From the NCBI GenBank assembly GCA_963799775.1, contig CAWCYD010000003.1:544001-608000 (forward strand): DNA of 64,000 nucleotides, read 5' to 3'. A program made the translations under genes and the position numbers. This document shows positions 11,429-19,424 of this stretch, piece by piece. This DNA comes from an uncultured archaeon. Its GTDB lineage: Archaea; Thermoproteota; Nitrososphaeria; Nitrososphaerales; Gagatemarchaeaceae. The notes beneath the pieces were generated by a model. The model did no database searches, was not told the origin of the DNA, and was given only the letters and a program-made list of their open reading frames with translations. Numbering within the stretch: position 1 is the stretch's first letter; each line of letters opens with the position of its first letter.

Positions 11429-11860
11429 TCACCTTAGGAATATCGGCTCGAACCTGAACGGGTTCCTCGACATCTCGAGGCTGAGGTCTTTTTCCCTCGC
11501 GACGAACACCGGCCTCGTGCTCGTGATTTCGGAGACGGCAAGAGTGTAGCAGTCTCCCAGAGAGATAGCGCTGTGGCACTTGATTCTCGACACAACCACA
11601 TGTAGGTCTGAGTCTTGTTCTACCGCCAACACCGATGAGGCAACTAGGTCCTTGACGGCAGACTCCGCCTTTTCATTGCCAATCTTCCTGCATAGGACAT
11701 AGCCCGCTTCCGCCAAGTTAACGTAGCTGGTATGAGCCGAAATCACGCCGCCTTCTAACCGGGTGGAGACTCCGTTTCCGGTTTCAGATCCATCCAGCAT
11801 CTCCACGAGGACGCTCGAATCGAGTGTAAGGTCTCCCTCAAGAGGGTTATCTTCGCTCAA
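11429..11860 (-). CDS. vapC: PIN-domain toxin
   Basis: LDSSVLV, NLAE, SLGDC, EKD acidic residues. Confidence 0.88.
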   Translation of the reverse strand: MSEDNPLEGDLTLDSSVLVEMLDGSETGNGVSTRLEGGVISAHTSYVNLAEAGYVLCRKIGNEKAESAVKDLVASSVLAVEQDSDLHVVVSRIKCHSAISLGDCYTLAVSEITSTRPVFVAREKDLSLEMSRNPFRFEPIFLR

Positions 11861-12107
11861 GGAATTCCTCGTGCCTCCTGTCTTCTTTCCGTCCTTCACG
11901 TAACGTCCTCTGCAGCTCCTCAGAAGAGGCACCCTTCGGAGCGATGGCCCTCCTGAACAGCGCGTAGTCCTTTTGAGATTTTTGGACCAGATACTCGATC
12001 GCCTCCTCGTAACCGACTTTTTCCCCTCTCTTCGATTGCAGCTGGGCAGCGACCCTCAGTAAGTCCTGCCGAGTCTTCTCTGAAATCGTTATCGTTGTCA
12101 TCTTCAT
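11847..12107 (-). CDS. VapB-type antitoxin
   Basis: MTTITISEKTR...EEAIEYL, overlaps toxin start. Confidence 0.82.
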   Translation of the reverse strand: MKMTTITISEKTRQDLLRVAAQLQSKRGEKVGYEEAIEYLVQKSQKDYALFRRAIAPKGASSEELQRTLREGRKEDRRHEEFLERR

Positions 12108-12113
12108 GATTTC

Positions 12114-12135
12114 CATTGGATTCATATATTCAATG
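12114..12135. promoter_or_regulatory. Palindromic operator of the vapBC pair
   Basis: CATTGGAT-n6-ATTCAATG between TATA box and start codon. Confidence 0.55.
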
Positions 12136-12170
12136 ATATTTAAGAGTCAAGGTTCGTCGCGGCAGCGGAT

Positions 12171-12194
12171 ATCGACCTCGATATCGACGTCGAT
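12171..12194. repeat. 24-bp quasi-palindromic element, copy 2
   Basis: ATCGACCTCGATATCGACGTCGAT. Confidence 0.8.
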
Positions 12195-12203
12195 GAGGAA
12201 GCG

Positions 12204-12617
12204 TCAGACCTTATCCAACCCGCGAGGTCTGCATGGCCTGGCGAAGGATTCCCGCGAGCACGAATCAATCGTCAAGGCAAGGCTTCGAATACCGTCCATC
12301 CCAAGCAGAATCTCCTCAGCACCTTCACAAGTCTGAACTCTCCCATCGAGTTCGACCTCGACGTCGGATATCTCAATCGTCCCATACGAAGAAAGCATCC
12401 GAATCACGGACCCGTCGGCCAAGCGGGCATAGGTCGTCTCGGTTCTCAAGTCCATGAACCCCAGGCGCTTGAAGAGCTCCTCGGGAAGCATAATGAAGCC
12501 GCCGTAGCCCGTGTCGACGACAGCCATCACGCTCGCAGTTTCCGTTTTTCCTCCGCCCGCCAGAGTGTTCTTGATGCTCAGAGGGATTGCCGGGCTTCTC
12601 TCAAGGAAGGGCCACAT
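12204..12617 (-). CDS. Clan AA (retropepsin-like) aspartic protease, AF_0612-like
   Basis: VVDTGY catalytic motif, LADGS flap, ILLGMD. Confidence 0.88.
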   Translation of the reverse strand: MWPFLERSPAIPLSIKNTLAGGGKTETASVMAVVDTGYGGFIMLPEELFKRLGFMDLRTETTYARLADGSVIRMLSSYGTIEISDVEVELDGRVQTCEGAEEILLGMDGIRSLALTIDSCSRESFARPCRPRGLDKV

Positions 12618-12635
12618 CGAGAATCTTCCGTTCCC

Positions 12636-12959
12636 TCAACGCGTGCGAAGCCCCAATCTAACGAGATCGGGCTCGGTGGGGATCGTCCGGATTTCGACGC
12701 TCCTTGGATCGATTCCGCTCTCCCTGAGGGTTCTTGCCAAGAGGCTGAGGTTGTTTGCCTCCGCTACCTTCTTTCCATCAATCATCGCAATGAACTTCCT
12801 AGACGCCAACCTTTCGGCGCGGGGAGCGGAAAGCCACAAGGTGAGGGCCTCTTCGACGCTTTTCGAGATTGCGCCTTTTGCAGCTCCGTGCGTCTCACCT
12901 GCTTTTCGACGCAACCGCTGCTCTATCTTATCATCTATCTTGAGAGTGATGACTCCCAT
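12636..12959 (-). CDS. Ribbon-helix-helix plus DUF5678-like protein
   Basis: ITLKIDDKIEQRLR...ISKSVEEAL; C-terminal KFIAMIDGKKVAEA. Confidence 0.78.
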   Translation of the reverse strand: MGVITLKIDDKIEQRLRRKAGETHGAAKGAISKSVEEALTLWLSAPRAERLASRKFIAMIDGKKVAEANNLSLLARTLRESGIDPRSVEIRTIPTEPDLVRLGLRTR

Positions 12960-13005
12960 GCGCTGTAAATATTCTTTTATATATTTAAACGCCACCTCGA
13001 ACTCT

Positions 13006-13029
13006 ATCGAGCGCGATATCGACGTCGAT
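13006..13029. repeat. 24-bp quasi-palindromic element, copy 3
   Basis: ATCGAGCGCGATATCGACGTCGAT. Confidence 0.8.
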
Positions 13030-13181
13030 ACCGTTTGAAATGACCAGGGCCGACCGTTGCCTAGCTGACTTGCGCCAGAACCGGTCTCTAGGGCCCTTTC
13101 GCGTCCGTGAGGGTTGTTTCAGAACATTCTTCCATGCGCGCTTAAGAAAACCCTCGTCAGGCACCCTGCGTCGAGTGTAGG

Positions 13182-13403
13182 TTGGTCGAGGAGTATGTCT
13201 ACCACGTTGATGTGAGAGCGAACGAGGCGTTTGCCAACGCCGTCAGGAGGGAGGGCGTCAACTTGCCAGATGTTGCACTTGGCAGGATTGTCTTCTCTCA
13301 CGAAGGTCTTCTCGACATGAAGAGCTACAAGAGGCGCGGTTTGATCTGGTCTTACAGCATAGTGCGGATCGTTCGAAACGAAGAGGAGATAGAGCGAGGT
13401 TGA
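13182..13403 (+). CDS. Small hypothetical protein
   Basis: 73 aa of plausible composition, upstream CTTAAG. Confidence 0.45.
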   Translation: MVEEYVYHVDVRANEAFANAVRREGVNLPDVALGRIVFSHEGLLDMKSYKRRGLIWSYSIVRIVRNEEEIERG

Positions 13404-13424
13404 CGATCGCCCCTCGCCGGGGTC

Positions 13425-13736
13425 TTACGGCGAATCGGCGACATAGACATCTCTGGGAAGGGAGGGTCGCCAGACGATGAGAAGAGCGGCCCTGCAAGCT
13501 TTGGAGATGGGTTTTCGCAGCCAGACAACGATTATCGCGTCGAAGATCGCGTAAGCAAATCCAAGGAGCAGGCTGGACTGCGTGATACCTATCGTGTAGG
13601 CTATCATCACGCTAAGGACGTCCACAACAGAAGCAACCAGGTTCTCGAAGACCTCGTGGTTCCCTATCGCGTTCGTCTTAGGTCGGTTTCTATGATTGCC
13701 TGGCGGATTAATAACGTCTCTGAATCTCAAATCCAC
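13425..13736 (-). CDS. Two-TM hypothetical protein
   Basis: Two hydrophobic segments, follows 13753..14280. Confidence 0.55.
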   Translation of the reverse strand: MDLRFRDVINPPGNHRNRPKTNAIGNHEVFENLVASVVDVLSVMIAYTIGITQSSLLLGFAYAIFDAIIVVWLRKPISKACRAALLIVWRPSLPRDVYVADSP

Positions 13737-13752
13737 GTTCTAGATAGGACTA

Positions 13753-14280
13753 CTACGGCCTGGAATCTGAGATCTTCTCAATCAGTTTCTTCAACGTCCC
13801 GTTCATCACAACGAGATTGTCGTTTATTTCTTTCATCGGCGCGAGGTTCGTCACAAGCGAATCCAACTTCGTGGAAACATTCGTGAGAGTCACCCCTATG
13901 ACTCCAAACTTGGCTTCGATATCCTCCAGCTTGGAATATGTCTTTTGCAGGTAGACCACGCCCTTGGCGGTCTGTTCGGCGCTGAACATGGAAGAATACG
14001 ACTGCCAATCAGGTTCAAGGCCCTTGTAATCTTGCGGGGATTCAATGGAAGACTTGGGTATTTTGAACTCGTCCTTGCACATGGTGAGAACGTCAGAGTG
14101 AAAACTGGCTATGGCATCTTCGTCGCCAGACACGACGATTCTCACCAGGGCCTTCGAAACGTTTACCGGGGCAACCTTGACATGATATACGTACCCGATC
14201 GAATACAATCTGGCTCTGAGTCCAACATCTATCACGCTTATCCCTTGGGTAGCCTTAATCGAGAATTCTTTGGTAGGCAA
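13753..14280 (-). CDS. Acylphosphatase-like domain with C-terminal coiled coil
   Basis: V.DVGLR...N...V.IVVSGDEDAI.SF pattern, then heptad repeats. Confidence 0.65.
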   Translation of the reverse strand: MPTKEFSIKATQGISVIDVGLRARLYSIGYVYHVKVAPVNVSKALVRIVVSGDEDAIASFHSDVLTMCKDEFKIPKSSIESPQDYKGLEPDWQSYSSMFSAEQTAKGVVYLQKTYSKLEDIEAKFGVIGVTLTNVSTKLDSLVTNLAPMKEINDNLVVMNGTLKKLIEKISDSRP

Positions 14281-14495
14281 CTAGCCAGCTGCTCCTCGCC
14301 TCAAAGACCTCGGCACACGGCGTCACGTCGCCTTACAGTATTAATAAGTTGTGAACGTGGTTTCCCGCACAGAGCAGCATTCTGCTCTGCCAGGGCTGGC
14401 GGATGCGAGCGTAGGACGAGGTAGAGTAGAAACCATCGAGAAGGAGCCTTGTTTGGGAGTGCGAAAAAAGGAAGAGTAGAAACCAGGCGCGTGGC

Positions 14496-15551
14496 CTAGT
14501 TTCTTGAGCCTACTCTGATGGGCCCCATCTGGAAGCGCGACTGCGCCTGCTGGGACAAGAACGTGCTCTCGACGCCTGTGAGGACCACCATGACCCTCGC
14601 GGCACCGCGCATGTTCGGCTCGACGCGTGCTCCCCAGACGATCCTTGTGCTGGGGGGAAGTGACTTTGTCACAAGCTCTCCAGCCTTCGTGACCTCCTCG
14701 AGGCTTACGTCGTCTCCGCCGGAAACGTGTACAAGTACGCCCTTCGACCTTGTTACGTCCTTGATGTCGAGGAGCTGCCCGTCGATGGCCTGCCTGACAG
14801 CGACTTCAACCCTATCGGGTCCGGTCGCCTGGCCTACGCCTATCGCCGCTAGCCCTCTCCTTTCCATGATCGCCCTCAGGTCCGCGTAGTCGATGTTGAT
14901 GAGACTCGCTGTTGTGATTGTCTCGGTGATCCCCTTGATGAACTGGCCGACCAGCTCATTCGCGACGCCAAGCGCCTGCTGCAACGGGAGGTCTCCCGCT
15001 ACTTTCGAAAGCTTGGTGTTGTCGATCGCGACAACGGTGTCGCAGTACTCCCTGAGCCTCAGCAGGGCCTTCTTCGCGTTCTCGTATCGATAGCTCTCGA
15101 TCGAGAACGGGAGCGTTACCACTCCGATGGTCAAGCCGCCGTTGCCCCTCAGCTCTCTTGAAAGAGCCATGATGGCGCCGGTGCCCGTCCCTCCGCCAAG
15201 ACCTGCGCAAAGGAAGGTGATGTTCGACCCGTTTACCTCCTTCTTCAGCTCGGACATGCTCTCCATGGCGGCCCTCTCGCCGCGCTCTGGGTAGCCGCCG
15301 CAGCCTGTGCCGTGGGTGAGCTTCTCACCGATTAGGAGTCGTCTGTCCGCTTTGGTGATTCCGAGGTGTGCTGCATCTGTGTTGGCAGCGATGAGCTTGC
15401 CTCCCGCGACGCCGCGTTGCTTGATCCAAGAGACGATGTTGCTTCCAGCGCCTCCGAGACCAACGACCGCTACGTTTGGACGGGCTGCACGCATCGCTGC
15501 TTCGATGCGTTCTGCTTCCAAGAAGTCTGTGCTTTCCGTGGACAGTTCCAT
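14496..15551 (-). CDS. ftsZ: Cell division protein FtsZ
   Basis: GLGGAGSN, NTD, GLGGGTGTG, INIDYAD. Confidence 0.96.
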   Translation of the reverse strand: MELSTESTDFLEAERIEAAMRAARPNVAVVGLGGAGSNIVSWIKQRGVAGGKLIAANTDAAHLGITKADRRLLIGEKLTHGTGCGGYPERGERAAMESMSELKKEVNGSNITFLCAGLGGGTGTGAIMALSRELRGNGGLTIGVVTLPFSIESYRYENAKKALLRLREYCDTVVAIDNTKLSKVAGDLPLQQALGVANELVGQFIKGITETITTASLINIDYADLRAIMERRGLAAIGVGQATGPDRVEVAVRQAIDGQLLDIKDVTRSKGVLVHVSGGDDVSLEEVTKAGELVTKSLPPSTRIVWGARVEPNMRGAARVMVVLTGVESTFLSQQAQSRFQMGPIRVGSRN

Positions 15552-15584
15552 GCCTCGCTAACAATGTTCTGGCACATAAAAGCC

Positions 15585-15618
15585 CCGTGAACATGAGGAC
15601 TGTATGGAGGATTCATAC
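15585..15618. promoter_or_regulatory. Shared operator (three boxes) at the ftsZ promoter
   Basis: CCGTGAAC-n5-GACTGTAT-n5-ATTCATAC between reverse TTTTAT and forward CTAAATAG. Confidence 0.55.
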
Positions 15619-15785
15619 GCGCTAAATAGATGGTCCATGCGCGACACCGGTCGTAGGCACGCCTAGAAATCAGACCGAAATCGACGAAGATTTCGAAAAC
15701 GAGGCCTTTGCCTTGCGATAATTGCTTCAAGAATTCTGTCGGTTCGGTAGGTTTATGAACGAAACCCTTCCTTTCATGCGCTTGA

Positions 15786-15938
15786 ATGCCTAGGCTGGAG
15801 AGCCCGGGTCACGTCTGCGCCTTCTGCATGCTTGTGATTCAAATCGGGTACGACGAGCTGACGAAGGAAGACATGATCAAAATTGCGGCGCACTTGCGAA
15901 TCGCACATGGCCTCAGACCTTACGAGATTTCGCGATAG
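15786..15938 (+). CDS. 50-aa C2H2-like zinc-finger micro-protein
   Basis: Below ORF-track cutoff: MPRLESPGHVCAFCMLVIQIGYDELTKEDMIKIAAHLRIAHGLRPYEISR; similar to 19021 and 26870; TTTATGA about 30 bp upstream. Confidence 0.75.
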   Translation: MPRLESPGHVCAFCMLVIQIGYDELTKEDMIKIAAHLRIAHGLRPYEISR

Positions 15939-15972
15939 TTCACCCGGGCCTCTAGGGTGCAGTTTTGCCTAT

Positions 15973-15996
15973 ATCAAGGACGATATCGACGTCGAT
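15973..15996. repeat. 24-bp quasi-palindromic element, copy 4
   Basis: ATCAAGGACGATATCGACGTCGAT. Confidence 0.75.
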
Positions 15997-16028
15997 ATTT
16001 ATCCATTTCTCGGTGGACGCGTCCTCAT

Positions 16029-16424
16029 TCAACTTTGCCCTCCTAGCATCGACTTCGCTTTGGAGAGAATCCTCGAAGCCCTTTTCACAGCGTCGACCGC
16101 GTCTCCATCGCTCATCAGGTCCGGCTGGTACTCCGACCTGTTCTTCAGCTCGATCAGGCCGATGAACTGCTTGGATATTTCGCTGAATTCCAAAGGACTG
16201 ATCGAACCTTTTACTGAGGACAACGCGTCCTCATGCCTTCCTGCATGGCGCTTGCCACGATTAAAGACGGAAATCGCATCCAACGAATTGATGGCGCTAT
16301 GAATCGAATCTGTCACGGCGGCGTTATTCCTAGAACTGTCTCGAGCAAATTCTGCTACGGCTAACAGCTCTTCCGCCTTCTTGAGGAAGTTATGCGCAAG
16401 TTTCGCAGGGACAGGTCTACTCGT
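16029..16424 (-). CDS. HEPN-domain toxin
   Basis: Frame extends upstream of the track ORF (NFLKKAEELL...NAAV..SIHSAI); KNRSEY motif; apparent ACG start. Confidence 0.8.
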   Translation of the reverse strand, partial: TSRPVPAKLAHNFLKKAEELLAVAEFARDSSRNNAAVTDSIHSAINSLDAISVFNRGKRHAGRHEDALSSVKGSISPLEFSEISKQFIGLIELKNRSEYQPDLMSDGDAVDAVKRASRILSKAKSMLGGQS

Positions 16425-17028
16425 TTGCTGACAACTCTTTCAGGTCAGTTCCACATACGTGAATGTATTCCTCTAGAATCGACTTGGCAAGATCGCTCGA
16501 TGGGAACCGAAGGAATTCGGCCCTGGTCATGACAATCGGGGAAATGGCTGGTCCAAATTGGCCCTTGACTGCATCCCAGGCTCTTGAGGCGCAGCTTAAG
16601 GCGAGTTCTCTATCTGGCGTGATGATCAAGAGGTCGATATCGCTCTCGGGACGCTCGCTTCCTCTTGCGAAGCTGCCGAAGATTGCCACGGAGATTATCC
16701 TCTTGTCTTTGAAGAAGCGGGCTATGAGGGAGACGATTCTCTCAACGGTCGCTCTTTCCGCTGCGAACATCGGTTCGAGGATCGACCTGGTGACGTAGCT
16801 ATCCTTGTTTAGTGCGACTTGAAGCGCTCTGCCGACCGGTTGGATTGTCACGATGGATTTCTTCTCAAGCTTTCTTACTATCATTGAAACCTCAGGATGC
16901 GAGACGCCCGCGGTTCGCCCCAGCTCCCTGATTGTGAAGATTTTTCCCCTGTAAGTCGAGAGGGCCCTAAGTACACGCGCGTCCGCCTCGCCATTGAAGA
17001 TCTCAGGGATGTACTCGTGCAAGCTCAT
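16417..17028 (-). CDS. HTH plus minimal nucleotidyltransferase (MntA-like antitoxin)
   Basis: IFGSFARG..RPESDIDL (GS-x10-DxD), N-terminal HTH. Confidence 0.9.
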   Translation of the reverse strand: MSLHEYIPEIFNGEADARVLRALSTYRGKIFTIRELGRTAGVSHPEVSMIVRKLEKKSIVTIQPVGRALQVALNKDSYVTRSILEPMFAAERATVERIVSLIARFFKDKRIISVAIFGSFARGSERPESDIDLLIITPDRELALSCASRAWDAVKGQFGPAISPIVMTRAEFLRFPSSDLAKSILEEYIHVCGTDLKELSANE

Positions 17029-17046
17029 GGAGTTCGTCTAGTGCCC

Positions 17047-17086
17047 ATGGTAGATAAGGCTTCCATATGGTAACGTCCTCTACCAT
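17047..17086. promoter_or_regulatory. Tandem 20-bp palindromic operators over the MNT-HEPN promoter
   Basis: ATGGTA-n8-TTCCAT directly followed by ATGGTA-n8-TACCAT. Confidence 0.7.
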
Positions 17087-17261
17087 GCCCCCGCTTCGAG
17101 AGTTATTGCGCCCGTCTCTCTTTGGCGCGATGTCGTTGCGTCCCATCTCCTTCGAAGAGTTATCCCGAGGAGTGGCCTTGTGCGGGACTCCTGCCAGACC
17201 GATTTGTATTTGAGAGGGTCAATTCAGCCCTCTCGAACAACGAGCGTGTTATCGAGCAGAG

Positions 17262-18078
17262 ATGTCTAAGGCCCCTGTCAGAGGGAAGCTCCGGAATCCG
17301 CCCCGAGCGCGGCAATACGCAATGATCGCGGTCGTCATCGTGCTCCTAGTAGCAGGTGGCTCAGGGGTATACCTATACGAAAGCCATGCAGCAACTTCGA
17401 CCACGACGACCAGCCCTAGCTCATCATCAAGCGCCTCAGGATCGACCTCGTCCAACTCTTCGAGTTCCGCGTCCACCACATCGACGACGGGCTTCACGAA
17501 CCCTCCGTGTTCACCCTCCAGCACGAGCGCGACGACGAGCGGCAGCAGCACAAAATACGCCCTCATTTGCACCAACCTTGGTCTCATCGAGGTCGAGCTC
17601 TATCCTCAGTATGCGCCACAGACCGTCGCAAACTTCGTGAACCTCGCGAACCAGGGATTCTACAACGACATCGTCTGGCACAGGATCGACCCAGGGTTCG
17701 TGATCCAGGCAGGAGATCCCAACACCAGGAACGGACAGGGAGACAGGTCCACGTGGGGGACCGGGACGTCCGGGACGAACGTGCCATTCGAAGGGACCTC
17801 CATCCAACCCTCTTAGCAATGTCGTCGGGAGCGTGGCAATGGCCAGCACCGCCGCCAAATCTGGAGGAAGCTCCCAATTCTACATCAATCTGGCGGACAA
17901 CGCCCAGTCCCTCGATGGCAGCTACGCTGTCTTCGGCCAGGTCATCAGTGGGATGAACGTCGTGAACGCCTTGGCGCAAGTGCCGATAAACACAAGTCAG
18001 AGCTCTTCAGAATACGACCAGCCGCTGACGGCATCGTCCGCCTATATCGTCAGCATCACACTCCAGAGCACCCCTTAG
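17262..18078 (+). CDS. Membrane-anchored cyclophilin-type PPIase with Ser/Thr linker (indel near 17800)
   Basis: APQTVANF, WHRIDPGFVIQAGDP, SQFYIN, YAVFGQVISGM. Confidence 0.92.
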
Positions 18079-18129
18079 CGGGGGCACAGTCAATTCTTAC
18101 TGCTCTTACCCGTAAGACCTACATCCATC

Positions 18130-18804
18130 TCATGCGATGATTCCTGCGATGACAAGGAAGAGAAGCGCTAGCGGCGCGAACACACCCGCCCAGTAAAGCT
18201 TGTTCCATCTCCATACCTTGGCGCCGTCCAGAGGCATAATCGGAAGCAAGTTGAAGAGCGCCAAGAAGATGTTGACGGGGAACCCGATGGCCCCAATATC
18301 ATAGACGATGCCGGTCCCCACGGATGCCACAACAAGGAAGAGGGCGGCGATCACTATGTTCGTCGCCGGTCCTGCCAGAGAGATAATCCCGTTCTGCCTC
18401 GGCGTGACGTTGTTGCCTTGGATGTAGGTCGCTCCCGGCGCTGCAAAGATGAAGCCCAAGGTAGAGGTGACCAGAGCCAACACTATGCCCATCACCCACA
18501 TCCGAAACTCCGCCCAGTACCCGTAGCGCTCCGCGGTGAACTTGTGCATGAGCTCGTGGAGGACAAAGCCGCTCCCCACCGCCACGAACGAGATCACGAA
18601 GAGGGTCGGAAGGTTATGGCCAATCACCGAGCTTCCCGCAAGTACGCCGCCGCTGTAGGCGATCGTGAATGCTAGAGCCAGGGCGGCCCAGGCGATCAAT
18701 ATGTCCCTGACTTCCTTCTGGGAGAATAAGTACGGATTGGCCCTCTGGGTAGAGTGCCCTGAGAACACGGACCCATCCCACGAACCGGTCATTCCTGGGC
18801 TCAT
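18130..18804 (-). CDS. M50 site-2 protease
   Basis: HELMH, AGPATN, NLLPIMPLDG. Confidence 0.93.
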   Translation of the reverse strand: MSPGMTGSWDGSVFSGHSTQRANPYLFSQKEVRDILIAWAALALAFTIAYSGGVLAGSSVIGHNLPTLFVISFVAVGSGFVLHELMHKFTAERYGYWAEFRMWVMGIVLALVTSTLGFIFAAPGATYIQGNNVTPRQNGIISLAGPATNIVIAALFLVVASVGTGIVYDIGAIGFPVNIFLALFNLLPIMPLDGAKVWRWNKLYWAGVFAPLALLFLVIAGIIA

Positions 18805-19020
18805 CGCCCTCCTTCTAGTGAGGGTCACCTGTGCACGCGTGCGACTCGGGCAGCCTGTGCTCGGCGCAGAACGTCCCGCCGCAGTAGCTGCATGTGAAGG
18901 GAAGGTCATCTTCCTTCCCACAGTAGTCGCACTTCAAGAAGGAAGTTCTCGCGCCAGCCGGGTCTTATTTAACGATGACAACGAACTAGGTTACCAGGAC
19001 CAAGGGTTCGCGCCACTGAT

Positions 19021-19230
19021 CTACTGCGGGATCTCGCTGACGAGGCCGTGGCTCTTCTCGAGGTGCGTCTTGAACGTCACGTGGTCCCTGTCAGGCATCC
19101 CTTTTAGAGCAGGGTAGAGGGTCACCACGAACCAGCAGAACGAGCAGCTCGTGCTCGACTGGGCCTTTGCGTGGATGTTCACCGCGTACGTCTTAGCGCC
19201 GTTGTCAGCCGCGTTTTGTCCGTGTGTCAT
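19021..19230 (-). CDS. C2H2-like zinc-finger micro-protein
   Basis: CSFC-x~23-HLEKSHGL; paralog at 26870. Confidence 0.85.
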   Translation of the reverse strand: MTHGQNAADNGAKTYAVNIHAKAQSSTSCSFCWFVVTLYPALKGMPDRDHVTFKTHLEKSHGLVSEIPQ

Positions 19231-19424
19231 GTTTCGACATCCTGCATGAAGGGAGCTGCTCTACTTTTCGATTCTAGGCGAAGGAGGAGCGGCTGTAAGC
19301 CGAAGTTCTGGATTCCCTGAGGAGACTGAATATGGATTCGGAGTTCATGTTTCTGGCCTTGCGAGCGACCTTTGCCGAAGCGGCAGCGTCCCAGGAACGG
19401 GCCATGAGCGATGGAAGGCATGGC

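Noticed and set aside
8955-15996. CRISPR array
   Set aside because: The 24-bp copies are 0.8-3 kb apart with genes between them, and there are no cas genes
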